A stretch of DNA of 64,000 nucleotides from an uncultured delta proteobacterium (GCA_963806225.1 CAWDXG010000004.1:1120001-1184000), one strand, 5' to 3'. Shown: positions 1-11,803, counted from the stretch's first letter. Notes: generated by a model from the letters alone, not told the origin. Translations and numbers: made by a program.

Positions 1-739
1 CACACGCCGGGCCTCTTGGCAGCGTCGGGGCTCGGCGGGCCGGATCTGGGGCGCCACATCACGCTGCACCCGGCCGTGCGCGTCGCGGCGCTGTTCGACG
101 ACCGGCTCGACGGCTGGAACGGCGCGCTGCAGTCCGTGTACAGCGATCACTTCCACGACGACGGCATCACGCTGGTGGGCGTGTACAGCACGGTCAACGT
201 GCTGGCCGGCGCGTTCCCCGGCGTGGGGCCGTCGCTGCGCCGCCGCATCGAGACGATGCCGTACATGGGTATTTTCGGCGCGATGATCCACGATCAGGGC
301 GGCGGCGTGGTGCGCCCCGGCATCGGCACGCGCGAGCCGATGCTCAGCTACAACATGGTCGCGGACGATCTGCGGCGGCTTCGCCGTTCGTTCACGATCC
401 TGTCGCGAGATCGCGTTCGCGGCCGGAGCGCGCGAGGTGTACGCGCCGGTGTTCGGCGTGCCGCCCATCCGCTCCATGGACGACGCCTTGAAGGTCGAGC
501 GGATGAAGATCGACGCGCGCCGCATCGAGTGCATGGCCTTCCACCCGCTCGGCAGCGCGCGCATGGCGAACGACGCCCGGCGCGGCGTGGTGGATCAGAA
601 CGGCGAGTGCTTCGGCACCCGCGGGCTCTTCGTCGCGGACGGTTCGGTGCTGCCGACCAGCATCGGCGTCAACTCGCAGGAGCCGGTGATGGCCATGGCG
701 ACGCGGATCGCGTGGGGGCTCCGCGAGCGGTACGCCTGA
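1..739 (+). CDS. GMC-family FAD oxidoreductase, 3' part (starts before window; frameshift near 405-437)
   Basis: Frame 1 gives HITLHP; ORF 437-739 gives the C-terminal GMC motifs AFHPLGSARM, GVVD, GLFVADGSVLPTSIGVNSQEPVMAMA; TGA 737-739. Confidence 0.8.
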
Positions 740-1268
740 TGGCGCGGCTGCACCTGCCCATCCACGACGCCGCGCGCTTCGTGCTGGTCGGCCCGCACTA
801 TCCGGAGAACGTCGGAGCGGCGGCGCGCGCTCTGAAGACGATGGGGTTTTCCCGGCTGCTCCTGGTGAAGCCGGGGCGGCTCGCCTCGCCCGGCCACGAG
901 ATGGCGCGGAAGATGGCGGTCAAGTCGCTGGACGTCCTGGAGGCGGCGCGCGTGTGCGACAGCCTGGCCGAGGCTCTCGACGGCGTCGATCTGGTGTTCG
1001 CCACCACTTCCCGGCGCGGCGTCTCGGGGGTGCTGGTGCCGCGCGACGCGGCCCGCATGGCCGAGCTCACGACCGAGCGCGGCGGCCAGCTCGCGTTCGT
1101 GTTCGGCAACGAGAAGACCGGCCTGTCGCAGGCCGACCTGGCACGCTGTCGCACGAGCGCGTGCGCATCCCGATGGCAGCCCCGCAGCCGTCGGTGAACC
1201 TGGCCCAGGCGGTCCAGATCATCGCCTACGAGCTGATGCTGGCGGGCCTCGACGCGCGCGGTCGGTGA
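739..1268 (+). CDS. TrmJ/LasT-type SPOUT RNA methyltransferase (frameshift near 1150)
   Basis: [33 protein letters not shown], then [23 protein letters not shown] in another frame; ATG overlaps upstream TGA. Confidence 0.85.
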
Positions 1269-1282
1269 TAGGGTTCGGCCGC

Positions 1283-2331
1283 ATGGACCTCATCGATCTC
1301 CGCTCCGACACGGTCACGCAGCCGACGCCCGCGATGCGCGAGGCCATGGCGCGCGCCGAGGTGGGCGACGACGTGTACGGCGAGGACCCGACGGTGGCGG
1401 AGCTCGAACGCCGCGTGGCGGAGCTCCTCGGCAAGCAGCGCGCGCTGTTCGTGCCCTCGGGAACGATGGGCAACCAGCTCGCGCTGCTCGTGCACACGCG
1501 GCCGGGCGACGAGGTGATCATCGGCGAGGGCGCGCACTGCGCCTGGTACGAGTCCGGCGCCGGGGCCGCGTGGAGCGGTGTGCAGTTCGCCGTGGCCGGG
1601 AAGGGCGGGCTGTTCGACGCAGACGAGATGGAAGCCGCGCGTCAAGCCACCCGCCTACTACCTGCCCCACAGCGCCTGGTCGCAGTGGAGAACACGCACA
1701 ACCGCGCCGGCGGCCGCGTTTTCCCACAGGAACGCATCGTCAGCGATCGCCGAGCGGGCGCGGCGGCACGGGCTCGCCTGCACCTGGACGGCGCGCGGCT
1801 GTGGAACGCAGCGGTCGCCAGCGGTCGCGCCGCTCGACGAACTCGCGGCGCCGTTCGACACCGTGAACGTGTGCTTCTCGAAGGGGCTCGGCGCGCCGGT
1901 CGGCTCCGCGCTGGCGGGGTCCGACGAGCTCATCGGCCGCGCGCATCGCTTCCGCAAGATGCTCGGCGGCGGCATGCGGCAGGCGGGCATCCTGGCTGCC
2001 GGGGCGCTGTACGCGCTCGAGCACCATCGCGAGCGGCTGGCCGAGGACCACCGCGCGGCGCGCGCCCTCGCCGAAGATCGTGGCCGCAGCGCGCCCGGGG
2101 CCCGCGTGGACCTGCGACGCGGTCGAGACGAACATCGTCAACATCGAGCTCGAGCGCGCGCGCGCGGACGCGGGTGATCGAGGCGGCGCAGGAACGCGGC
2201 GTGCTCATCTCCTCGATCGCGCCGCGCGCGCTGCGCGGCCGTCACGCACCTCGACGTTTCCGGCGAGCAGGCGCGCCGCGCCGCCGAAGAGCTGGCCGAG
2301 GCCATCGCGCGCGCGGAGGGCGCCGGCTTGA
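1283..2331 (+). CDS. ltaE: Low-specificity L-threonine aldolase (several frameshifts)
   Basis: [69 protein letters not shown] spread over three frames. Confidence 0.9.
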
Positions 2332-3438
2332 GCCGCGGCGCCCTGCTGCTGGCGCTCTTGGCTGCTCGCGGCGTGCGCGCCGACGTTGCCGCGGCCGTAC
2401 CTCGAAGCCCGCGCAGCTGCCGAGCGCGCCTACACCTCGGGCCGCTACGACGAGGCGGCCGAGCACTGGCGCGAGGCCGCGCGGCAGCGCGAAGCGACCG
2501 CGCAATCGCGACGAGGCGCATGTACCGCGTGGCGCCAGCCCTGGACCGCGCGGGCCGCTACCCCAAGCCGAAGCCGCGTACGACAGGCTCGCTGGCGCTG
2601 GCGCCGCACAGCGGGCGCGCCGCGCGCGCCGCCTACGACCGAGGCCGTGATCGAGGTCGAGCACGGCGACCGCGCACAAGGGCTACCGGATGCTCGAACA
2701 GGTGATGCTCGACTACCCGCGCTCCGGCCCCGCCGTCAGCGCACTGCACCGTACGCTCCTCTACGACGACCAGCAGGGCGGGCCGGCGAGCGGCGCTGGC
2801 GGAGCTCGACCGCCTGATTGCGAAGCTCGACAGGACCGAGCTCGTCCGAACGCCTGCACTTCGCCTACGCCGAGTACCTCGACAAGGCGGGGCGCAGCGC
2901 GCGCCGCGCGGGATCGCTACCTGTACACGGCCAAGCGCTTCCCCTACCCGTACGGCGCGCTGTGGGACGACGCGCTGTACCTCGCGTCGCAGGACGACGA
3001 GAAGCTCGGCGACTACCGCGGCGCGATCGCAGTGCTCGCCGCATGCTCTCGCAGCAGGAGCCGTCGAGCATGCAGGGCAGCTACGAGCGTCCGCGCTACG
3101 ACCAGGCCCAGATGCGCATCGCCATCCTGTACCGCGACCAGCTCCACGATCCCGCGGCGGCGCGCCGCGCGTTCCACAAGGTGTGGACCGATCACCCGAC
3201 GAGCCTGCTCAAGGACGACGCCTGTGGGACGAGGCGCTACTGGCCAGGAAGGCGGGTGACGGCAGACGTCCGCCTGCAGCGTGCTGTCGACGCTCGCCCA
3301 CGGCATGCCGGACTCCCGCTACGTGCCCTGCGCCCGCGAGCTGTGCCCGACGGCGCCGCCTGCGCCGGAAGGGGCGGAGCTGCCACGACTACATCAAGCG
3401 GCAGGCCGAAGGCCGCTGTTGGCCGAGCGCCGAAATAG
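2328..3438 (+). CDS. TPR-like probable lipoprotein (multiple frameshifts; 3' end uncertain)
   Basis: Hydrophobic N-terminus; helical-repeat fragments [58 protein letters not shown] in alternating frames. Confidence 0.55.
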
Positions 3439-3452
3439 CCCGGACGCGCGCG

Positions 3453-3823
3453 CTAGTCTGTCTCTCGAAGTCGTCCTCGATTTCCTCGTCGAGGTCTTCG
3501 TCCTCGTCGTCGTCCTCGTCGTCGTCTTCGTCGTCGTCTTCGCCCTTGAACTCGGTCTTCAGGTCGATGCCGACTTCGCCGAGCTGCGTCTCGAGCAGCT
3601 CCATCAGCTCGTCGATATCGTCGCCGCTCCACTCGTCGATGACGTCGGTGAGGAACTCGAAGAAGTCGCCGTTGTCGAGCCGCCGCTCGATCTCCTCGAC
3701 CTGCTCTTCGGTGAACGCTTCGAGGATGTCCTCGCGCAGGGATTCGGTGTCGCCTTCCTCGATCGCCTCCTGGGCCGAAAGGCGGATCTGACGGACTGCG
3801 CGTCTGTCGAGGTAGATATCCAT
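3453..3823 (-). CDS. Small, highly acidic hypothetical protein with D/E tail
   Basis: MDIYLDRRAVRQIRLSAQEAIEEGD...EDDDEDDDEDDDEDED; purine-rich RBS; probable 1-nt indel just before TAG 3453-3455. Confidence 0.7.
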
Positions 3824-3958
3824 CTAGTTGTGCTCTCCCGGGACCTCGCCCCGCCTTTAGACGATGCTTTGCCGCAGAGTCAAGACCTGCACAGAAGAGG
3901 CCCAGCTCCAGCGCGGCACTGGCGCAAGGCGTCCCCAGGCGGCGGTACACAGTGAGCA

Positions 3959-4619
3959 GTGAGATGGCCCGGCTTGTCGCCAATGTCTCTCGGCGCTCGG
4001 ACGCTGCGCTCGGCGCCCCGGCCGGCACTGGCCCAGCGCCCCCGCTGCGCCCGCGCCCGCCCCCCATCAACTTCCACTATCTGCAGTACGGGGTCGGCCT
4101 CGCCACCGAGACGGTCGCTTCCGCGGGCGGCGTCTGCCCGGCCGGACGCGACGACGCCGTGCATCCTCGGCTCGGGCGGAGGCCTGGCGATCCGGGTCGG
4201 CTACCGCTCGCGAGGGCCCTGGTACGTGGGCGGCGCCTACGAATTCTCGCGCCAGGACTCGTCGAACCTGCTGCGCCTGGCCATCCTGCAGCAGCTTCGG
4301 GGCGAATTCCGCTACTATGCCGACGAGGGAAACCGGCTGACGCCCTACGCCGCCGGCGGGCTGGGAGCTGCCCTGTACGGCAACGAGTGGGGCACCGAAA
4401 CAGGCGGCGTCGTGAGCTTTCTGGGCGGCGGCGTCGAATACCAGATCAATCGCACCACCGTGATCGGGGCCGCCCTGGCCTACCGGCCGCTGCTGCTGCG
4501 AGGGCTGGACCGACAAGGCCGGCCAGCGCCGCGCCGACCAGCTTCTGGGCTTCGGAGTCGCCCACATCGTAGCGCTGGAGCTGATCCTCGAGGTGCGCGA
4601 TCCGCTGCCCCGATGGTAG
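3959..4619 (+). CDS. Hypothetical exported protein, outer-membrane beta-barrel-like (frameshifted)
   Basis: Amphipathic strands GLAIRVGYR, WYVGGAYEF, LTPYAAGGLG, GGGVEYQI; ends LEVRDPLPRW-TAG. Confidence 0.55.
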
Positions 4620-4695
4620 CTCGCACAAGCCGGCGAGCCGCCAGGCGCACGCACGCGCTTGACTCGCCGCTATCCACAGGGTTCCCCTTCGCGTT

Positions 4696-6117
4696 GTGAG
4701 GTGCGACCGGTGCGGGCGGGACAACCCCGACCATCTGAGGTTCTGCCAGGATTGCGGAAACAGCCTCGCCGTCCCGTCCTGTTGCGGAGGCGACACCACC
4801 CCGCGGGGTCGAGATGGGCGGCGGTCAGCCAGACTCGAAAGTGGATCTCGGGAGCACCGTGCGCATCCATTCCCGGCCGTCCGCGCCTGACTTCGACTTC
4901 ACGCCCCGGGAGCGGCCCCCCGGCTCGGGAACAGCGTGCGACCGCTGCGGCGTGGTCAACCCGGCCGATAGCCGCTTCTGCTCCGAATGCGGCGCTCCTC
5001 TGGGCCCCGGAGCCGCGCCGCCCGCCCAGCCGCCCGCTCCCGCTGGCGGGCCGGGGCCAGCGGGCGGGGCCCGGCCCCGCCCAGGCGCAGGCGCCGGTTA
5101 TCGCGGCGCCGGTGGTGGACATCGCGGCGCCCGGCCCGGAGGCGGCGCCGGTGATCTGTGTGCGCTGCCGCGGCAGCAACTCGCCACACATGAGCTTCTG
5201 CCAGTTCTGTGGCGCGCGACTGGGCGCAGCGCCGGCCCCGGCGCCCGACGCCACCCCTCAGCCTCCAATATCGGCCCCACACTCCAGCACGAGCCCGGAA
5301 GCGCCCATGGCGCATCCTCCGGCCACCTACCGCGCCGGCGGCTCGCCGGAGCCGGCGCCAGCCCCGCCTACCCCGCCGCCGAGCGTTCCCCCGTCCGTTG
5401 GGCCGGGCGTTACCACGGGTCGCTTCGCGCCGGCATCGCTGCCCGGCGCCCAGGCGCGGCTGGTGGTGATAGCCCAGGACGGGACACCCGGGCCGTGACT
5501 ACGCGCTGGTCGAACCCCAGACCGACATCGGGCGCGACGAGGGCACCGTCCTGTTGCCCAACGATCCCTACGTCTCGCCTCGTCATGCCCGCGTTTTCCA
5601 GCGTAACGGGCGCTTTTTCGTTCGGGATCTGGACTCGGTGAACGGCGTCTACGTGCGGCTCCGCGGGCCGGCCAGACTCGAGCACGCCGACTTGGTGTTG
5701 ATCGGCCTTGAGGTGTTAAGGTTCGAGGTCGTGAGCGACGCGGAGATGGGACTCGGCCCTGCGGCTGAAAGAGGCGCGCAGATCTTCGGGTCGCCGGCTT
5801 CACCACGATTTGCGCGTCTGTGCCAGCGCACGGTAGAAGGCGTCACTCGAAATGTGTTCTACCTATCGGCCGAGGAGACGGTGATCGGGCGCGAAGCTGG
5901 GGATATCGTCTTCACGAGCGACCCGTTCATGAGCCGCCGCCACGCGACTATCCGACGCGAAGAGTCGAACGTGTTCACGCTGCAGGATCTGGGCTCTTCC
6001 AACGGAACCTACCTGGCGATCCGCGGCGAGGTGGCGTTGGACGCGGGCGACCACGTCCGCATCGGACAGCACCTGTTCCGGCTCGACGTGGATTCGAACG
6101 GGCAGGACCCGCAATGA
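4696..6117 (+). CDS. Zinc-ribbon plus tandem FHA domain protein (frameshifted)
   Basis: CDRCG..FCQDCG, CDRCG..FCSECG, CVRCR..FCQFCG; FHA motifs IGR..DPYVSPRHA..DLDSVNGVY and IGR..DPFMSRRHA..DLGSSNGTY. Confidence 0.85.
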
Positions 6118-7327
6118 GCGACGACGGGCAGGAGATCCGCGTCAATCTGTTCGGGCGCACCGACGTCGGACAGATCCGCGAACACAACGAGGACAACTTC
6201 CTCGTCGCCGACCTGACGCGGAAGAGCCGCAGCCTGATGGAGGCGGATCGCAATCAGGTCATCGGCGAGCGCGGCACCGTGATGGGCGTCTGCGACGGCA
6301 TGGGCGGTGCCGCGGCTGGCGAGGTGGCCAGCCAGCTGGCGGTCGACATCATCTACGAGAAGCTCGCACAGGGCGGACGCGCCCACCGACCACGACGATC
6401 TCGCCCGGCGCCTCGTCTTCGCCGTCGAGGAAGCGGGCATCCGCATCTTCAACGAAGCGCGCGCGGACCGCACCCGACGCGGCATGGGCACCACGTCGCA
6501 CGATCGCGGCCGTGATCGACTCGCGTCTGTTCCTGGCGCAGGTCGGCGACAGCCGCGCCTACATCCTGCGCAAGGGCGAGCTCGTGCAGGTGACGCGGGA
6601 CCAGTCGCTGGTCAACCAGCTCATCGAAGCCGGCCAGCTCACCGAAGAAGAGGCCGAGACCTTCGAGCACAACAACATCATCCTGCAGGCGCTCGGCACC
6701 GCGGAAACCGTGCAGGTCGACCTGACCTACGTCGATCTGCAGTACGGAGATACGCTGCTTCTCTGCTCCGACGGCCTGTCGGGCATGATCCGCGGCGACG
6801 AGATCCGCGAGGTCCTGGCGAGCGTGGAGGACCCCCTCGAGGCGTGCAAAGTGCTCACCGAGCGCGCGAACCTTGCCGGCGGGCACGACAACATCACGGT
6901 CATCGTCGCGCGCTTCGAGGGCGACGGCCTGCGCAAACCCAGCGACGAGGACGAGCCACTCAAGTACCGCAAGTACGCGCTGCCGGAAGTGGTCGACGCC
7001 GATGCCACGGTGCGCGCCAGCCCGCTCAGCAACGAACAGGTGGAGGCGGCGCCCGAGCCCAGCGACGAGGCGGCACGTGAATCGCGCAAGCTCCGCGTGG
7101 GGCACACGATGGTCGGCATGACGACGCCGCTGGAGGATGAGACCCCCACGGAACCGGCGCCGCCGTCGGAGCGCCCACCACCTCCCGCACAGCCCGCGGC
7201 GGTCTACAACGCGGACGAGGACCCGGTGCAGATCCCCACGACCGGCCTGCATCCGCGTGCGGTTGGCGCGCTGGTGCTCACCGCGCTGCTGCTCGTCGCA
7301 GTGACCGGATACGTGGTCCTGCGCTGA
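6114..7327 (+). CDS. PP2C/Stp1-family Ser/Thr phosphatase with C-terminal TM helix (frameshifts near 6375 and 6500)
   Basis: TDVGQIREHNEDNF, VCDGMGGAAAGEVAS, GMGTT, AQVGDSRAY, LLCSDGL, GGHDNIT; ATGA overlap with FHA gene. Confidence 0.9.
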
Positions 7328-7340
7328 GCGCCCGGACACC

Positions 7341-8852
7341 ATGCGGCACGCGCTGCGGCGGATCCTGTGGATCGTGCCGACGCTCGTCGTGATTTCGATC
7401 GCCGCGTTCTGGCTGCTCTCCGCCACCCTCGGCTGGACACCCGCCGCCGAGCCCGGTCTCGATCCGTCCGCAGCCCGCCAACGCCTGGAGAAGCTGCCGC
7501 GTTTCTTCAATGCAGAGCCGGAAAACGTCCGCGATCTCGCCACCGAGGCGACCCGGCGCATCGCGGCGGGGGGCCCCGGCGCGCGAGCGGCCCGCGGCGA
7601 GCTCGCCCGGCTCGGCGGCGCGGCGCTCCCCCACGTCCTGCCGCGCCTGGACGCGCTGCCGCCCAGCGGGCGCGGCCGCGTCGCGTTGGCTCTGGCACCC
7701 GTCGCGCGACGGATGGGAGTCGGCAGTCCGGCTGAGCTCGGAGTGCCCGGGAGCGCCGTGGTGTTCTGGACGCGCTACTGGCAGGAGCGAGCCATCGATT
7801 TCCGGCCGGCCATCGTCCACCGGCTCGTGCAGCGCGTCGCAGAGCGCTCTTCGCTGATGCGGCGCGAGGACATCGCGAAGCTGGACACCTACGCCCTGCC
7901 CGAGTTGATCCACGAGCTCGGCAACGTCGAGACGCCGGAAGATGCCGCGCGCGTGCAGCGTCTGTCGGCATTGGCGGCCCACGTGACCGGACTTTCGTGG
8001 ACGCTGGCCGATGGAGCCACGGTCGTCCAGGCGCGCAGCGTGGCGGCCCGCTGGCGCCAGTGGTGGTCGCTGAACCGTTCGAGGTTCATCACATTCGACG
8101 GCCCCGGACGCGTCAGCGCGATGCTCATCGAGACGCAGTACGGCAAGTGGGCCGCTGAAGCCGTGCGGAACCGCCTGGGAGTCTCGCTCGACGGCCAGCC
8201 GGTGCTCGACGAGATGATCGCGCGCGCGCCGGTCACGCTGCTGTTGGTCGGATCCGGTCTTTTCGGCGGCTACGCGCTCGGGATCCTGCTCGGGCTCCTG
8301 GCCGCTTCGCGGGCCGGAAAGCCCTCGGACCACATCGCCTCCGCTCTGGCCGTCGGAATCGTCGCCCTGCCGGTGGCGACGCTGGCAGCGTCGGTCGCGC
8401 CGGGAGCGGGACAACGGGGTTCCTACGCCCTGGCTGCCATCCTGGTGCTGGTCGTGTCGGGCGCACTGGTCTCGCGCTACCAGCGCGCCGCGACGCTGAC
8501 CGCCCTGGACCAGGACTACTCGCGCACCCGCATGGCGTTCGGCGCGTCGCGGCTGCGCGTCGCGCTTGGCAGTTTCCGTGCCTCGAGCACACCCGCCATC
8601 TCGCTCCTGGGCGTGGACCTGCCGATGCTGGGCACGACAGCCTTCGTGGTCGAGCAGATCTTCCACCTGCCTGGGCTGGGGCCCGCGACGCTCCGGGCGG
8701 TGTCGAACCACGATCTGCCGTGGCTGATGGCCATGGCGCTGCTCGGCGCCCTCGGCGTGGCGCTCGTCCAGATCGCCAGCGATCTGCTGCTCCTGTGGCT
8801 CGACCCGCGCATCCGGGCAGCCGACGCCCGCAACCGTGGAGCGTTCGGATGA
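7341..8852 (+). CDS. ABC transporter permease, DppB/OppB-like, with large extracytoplasmic insert
   Basis: LRRILWIVPTLVVIS; EAA-like DQDYSRTRMAFGAS; FVVEQIFHLPGLG; ends DLLLLWLDPRIR. Confidence 0.85.
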   Translation: MRHALRRILWIVPTLVVISIAAFWLLSATLGWTPAAEPGLDPSAARQRLEKLPRFFNAEPENVRDLATEATRRIAAGGPGARAARGELARLGGAALPHVLPRLDALPPSGRGRVALALAPVARRMGVGSPAELGVPGSAVVFWTRYWQERAIDFRPAIVHRLVQRVAERSSLMRREDIAKLDTYALPELIHELGNVETPEDAARVQRLSALAAHVTGLSWTLADGATVVQARSVAARWRQWWSLNRSRFITFDGPGRVSAMLIETQYGKWAAEAVRNRLGVSLDGQPVLDEMIARAPVTLLLVGSGLFGGYALGILLGLLAASRAGKPSDHIASALAVGIVALPVATLAASVAPGAGQRGSYALAAILVLVVSGALVSRYQRAATLTALDQDYSRTRMAFGASRLRVALGSFRASSTPAISLLGVDLPMLGTTAFVVEQIFHLPGLGPATLRAVSNHDLPWLMAMALLGALGVALVQIASDLLLLWLDPRIRAADARNRGAFG

Positions 8853-9814
8853 ACGCGATCCTCCGGCGCCCCGCAGCCCGCGTCGGCCTTCTGTACCTGG
8901 CCCTTCTGGTGCTGGTCGCGGTTTTCTCGGATCTGATCGCCTCGAGCGCGCCCATCGTGATGTCGGAGCACGGTCACGTCAGCGTGCTGCCCGCCGTCAC
9001 CGCGCCGGCCAGCGTGCGGGGCCGGGACGCGGCTGCCATCGCCGCCAGCCTGGGACCGGACGACTGGGCGGTGTGGGCACCCATCCGCGCGGACGAGCGG
9101 TCCATCGGCACGGGACGCATCACTAGCAGCCGCGACGCCATCGCGTTGACGGTGCTTGCTACGCGCAACGAAGTCATCCTCGTATTCGGAGTGGTGCTGT
9201 TCGCCACCCTGGGCGGCACACTGCTCGGCGCGATCGCCGGCTACGCATCGCCCTTCATCGACGCCGTTCTGGCGCGTCTCGTCGAGCTGGGCGGGGCGAT
9301 GCCGACCTTGGTGCTGCTCGCCATCGCACTGGGCACCCACCGTCTCCCACCGCTGCTCGCGTTCGTGCTGGTGCTGGGACTGCTCAGGGCGATCCGCACA
9401 GCGAGGCTGGTGCGGGGCGAGGTGCTGCGGGTTTCGGGGCAGGATTTCGTGATGGCGGCACGCGCACTCGGCACCCCGCCCGGTCGTCTGCTGGAGACCC
9501 AGATCCTGCCGCACGCTCTGGGCCCCGCCCTGGTCAGCGCAGCCTTCACCGGAGCCGCCGCCGTCGGCCTCGAGTCCGCGCTGGCGCTCGCCGGGCCCGA
9601 ATCCCCCGGTTTCGCGAGCTGGGGCACGCTTCTGGGGAGCGGCTCCAGCGTGGGAGTGCTGCTGTGGCCGGCGCTGGCCATTCTGTTGACCACCGGGGCG
9701 TTCTACGCGCTGGCGGAGGCATGCGACGACGCGCTCTCGGTCCGCCGGCGGCGGGCGGCGGAGGCAGATCACCGGTCACGGTCAGCCAGGCGCTTGCGGC
9801 GCGCCCGGGGATGA
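8849..9814 (+). CDS. ABC transporter permease, DppC/OppC-like
   Basis: GTLLGAIAGY, ARLVRGEVL, QDFVMAARALG, QILPH, SWGTLL; ATGA overlap. Confidence 0.85.
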   Translation: MNAILRRPAARVGLLYLALLVLVAVFSDLIASSAPIVMSEHGHVSVLPAVTAPASVRGRDAAAIAASLGPDDWAVWAPIRADERSIGTGRITSSRDAIALTVLATRNEVILVFGVVLFATLGGTLLGAIAGYASPFIDAVLARLVELGGAMPTLVLLAIALGTHRLPPLLAFVLVLGLLRAIRTARLVRGEVLRVSGQDFVMAARALGTPPGRLLETQILPHALGPALVSAAFTGAAAVGLESALALAGPESPGFASWGTLLGSGSSVGVLLWPALAILLTTGAFYALAEACDDALSVRRRRAAEADHRSRSARRLRRARG

Positions 9815-9827
9815 CTAGAAAGGCGTC

Positions 9828-10469
9828 ATGGCGCTCCAGGCAGTCACCGAACAGAACTTCGAGCAGGAGATCCTACGCAGCGAGCTGCCCGTCCTCGTCG
9901 AGTTCGGAGCCGAATGGTGCGGCCCGTGCAAGACGGTCGCGCCGGAGCTCGAATCGCTCGCACTCGAGCTCGACGGCAAGGCGAAGATCGTCTCCATCGA
10001 CATCGACCAGGCACCGCTGCTGGCGCGGGAGATGGGCATCCAGTCGGTGCCGACGTTCGTGGTGTTCCACCAGGGTCGTCCGGTCAACGGCAAGGTCGGC
10101 GCGCTCCGGCGCGCGCAGCTCAAGGAGCTGCTGGATCCCGTGTTGCCCCGGGCGGCCGGCGCGCTCAAGCCCGAGGAAGTCGCGGAGCTCTTGAAGCAGG
10201 CGCGGATCAGCCTGGTCGATACGCGGGAGTCGGCGGTGTTCCAGCGCGCGCACATCGCGGGGGCGGTCAACATGCCGCTCGGCGAGATCGAGACCCGGCT
10301 GGCCGAGCTGCACATGCTGCCGAACCAACCTGTCATCTACTGCCGCGCCGGAGACCAGACCAAGGACCTGGCGGCCAAGCTGGCCGAGCAGGGCGTGCCC
10401 GTAGCGTTCATGGAGGGCGGCGTGCTCGCCTGGGAAGCGGCAGGCTTCTCGCTCGAGCGCCCCGACTGA
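9828..10469 (+). CDS. Thioredoxin-rhodanese fusion protein
   Basis: WCGPC and SVPT cis-Pro loop, then LVDTRE..AHIAGAVNMP..IYCRAG..MEGGVLAW. Confidence 0.88.
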   Translation: MALQAVTEQNFEQEILRSELPVLVEFGAEWCGPCKTVAPELESLALELDGKAKIVSIDIDQAPLLAREMGIQSVPTFVVFHQGRPVNGKVGALRRAQLKELLDPVLPRAAGALKPEEVAELLKQARISLVDTRESAVFQRAHIAGAVNMPLGEIETRLAELHMLPNQPVIYCRAGDQTKDLAAKLAEQGVPVAFMEGGVLAWEAAGFSLERPD

Positions 10470-10496
10470 TAGCTTCCCGCCGCACTTTTCGAGGAC

Positions 10497-11803
10497 CTAC
10501 GGCAACGCGCGGCCGGCCGCTTCCAGCGCTGCAGCGATCACCTCGCGCACCGGGACGCCGGCGCTGCGCGCCGCGTCCACGCAGGCATCGAACTCCGGCT
10601 TCAGCTGCGGCGCGCCATACGGCCCTTCGCTGATTTTCACCGGAAGGAGGCCGAAGCGCGTCTCGACTTCAACGACCCGGCGCGGCCGCTCCGTCCGCGT
10701 CGCCGGCGTCCGCCTGAGGCCGATCGAGCTCGTCTCGCGCAGCATCACCTCGGCTACGCGATCAGCGCCCTCGCTCGCCGCCAGCGCGGCCAGCGTCAGC
10801 GCGGGCCGACCCTTCTTCATGGTGATGGGCACCGCCCAGGCGTCCAGCGCTCCCGAAGCGAGCAGCGCCTCGATGGCGTGGGCCGCGAGCTCGCCGGTCA
10901 TGTCGTCGACATTGGCTTCCAGCACGACGTGGCTCGCGGCGCCTTCTGCGCGCGGCGCCTGGGAACTGCCGAGCACCACGCGCAGCGCGTTCGGCCGATC
11001 GACGAGATCCTGCGTTCCCCGTCCCCAGCCGATATGTTCCGGCACCATCGGCGGCCAGCGCTCGAACCGCTGGACCAACGCGCCCACGATGGCAGCGCCG
11101 GTCGGCGTCACGAGCTCCGCGTCGATGCCCGCGTCGTACGTCGGAACCCCGCGCAGGCATCCGACGGTCGCCGGCGCGGGCAGAGGCAGCACGCCATGGC
11201 GGCATTCCACGCTCCCGCGTCCCATCGGCAGCGGCGCCGAGACCAGCTCCGCACCCAGGTAGGCGATGCACGCCGAGGCTCCCACGATATCCACGATGGC
11301 ATCGACCGCACCCACCTCGTGGAAATGGACCTCGTCGATCGGAATGCGATGCACCTCGCTCTCCGCCTCGGCAAGGCGCCGGAACACGCGGCGCGATAGC
11401 TCGCGCGTGCGCGCCTCGAGCGGCGCCCTTTCGAGCAGCGCGTCGATTTCGCTGTAGCTCCGCTCCGTGCCGCCCGGCTCGATCACCACATCGAATTTCG
11501 TGGCGCCGATGGCTCCAGCATAGGCCCGCCGGAGCTCGAGCTGGACTCCACCGAGCGCCAGCTGCTCCACCGCCCGCTCCACCACCTCGAACGGCACACC
11601 GAGATCCACCAGCGCCGCGATGGTCATGTCGCCGGCAATGCCGCTGAACGTGTCGAGGAACAGCAGCCTGCCGGCTCCCGCCCCCGGCTCGAGCGGCGCG
11701 CGGTGGGCTTCGGCGGGGCCTTCGAGATCGCCGTGACCGTGGTCGTGATCGTGATCGTGATCGTGGCCGTGGTCGTGATCGTGGCCGTGACCGTGACCGC
11801 CGC

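Noticed and set aside
16..1197. Apparent GMC-TrmJ fusion ORF
   Set aside because: Created by a frameshift; GMC ends at TGA 739, overlapping the methylase ATG
4670..4678. DnaA-box-like CTATCCACA
   Set aside because: Single mismatched copy, no cluster or AT-rich unwinding element
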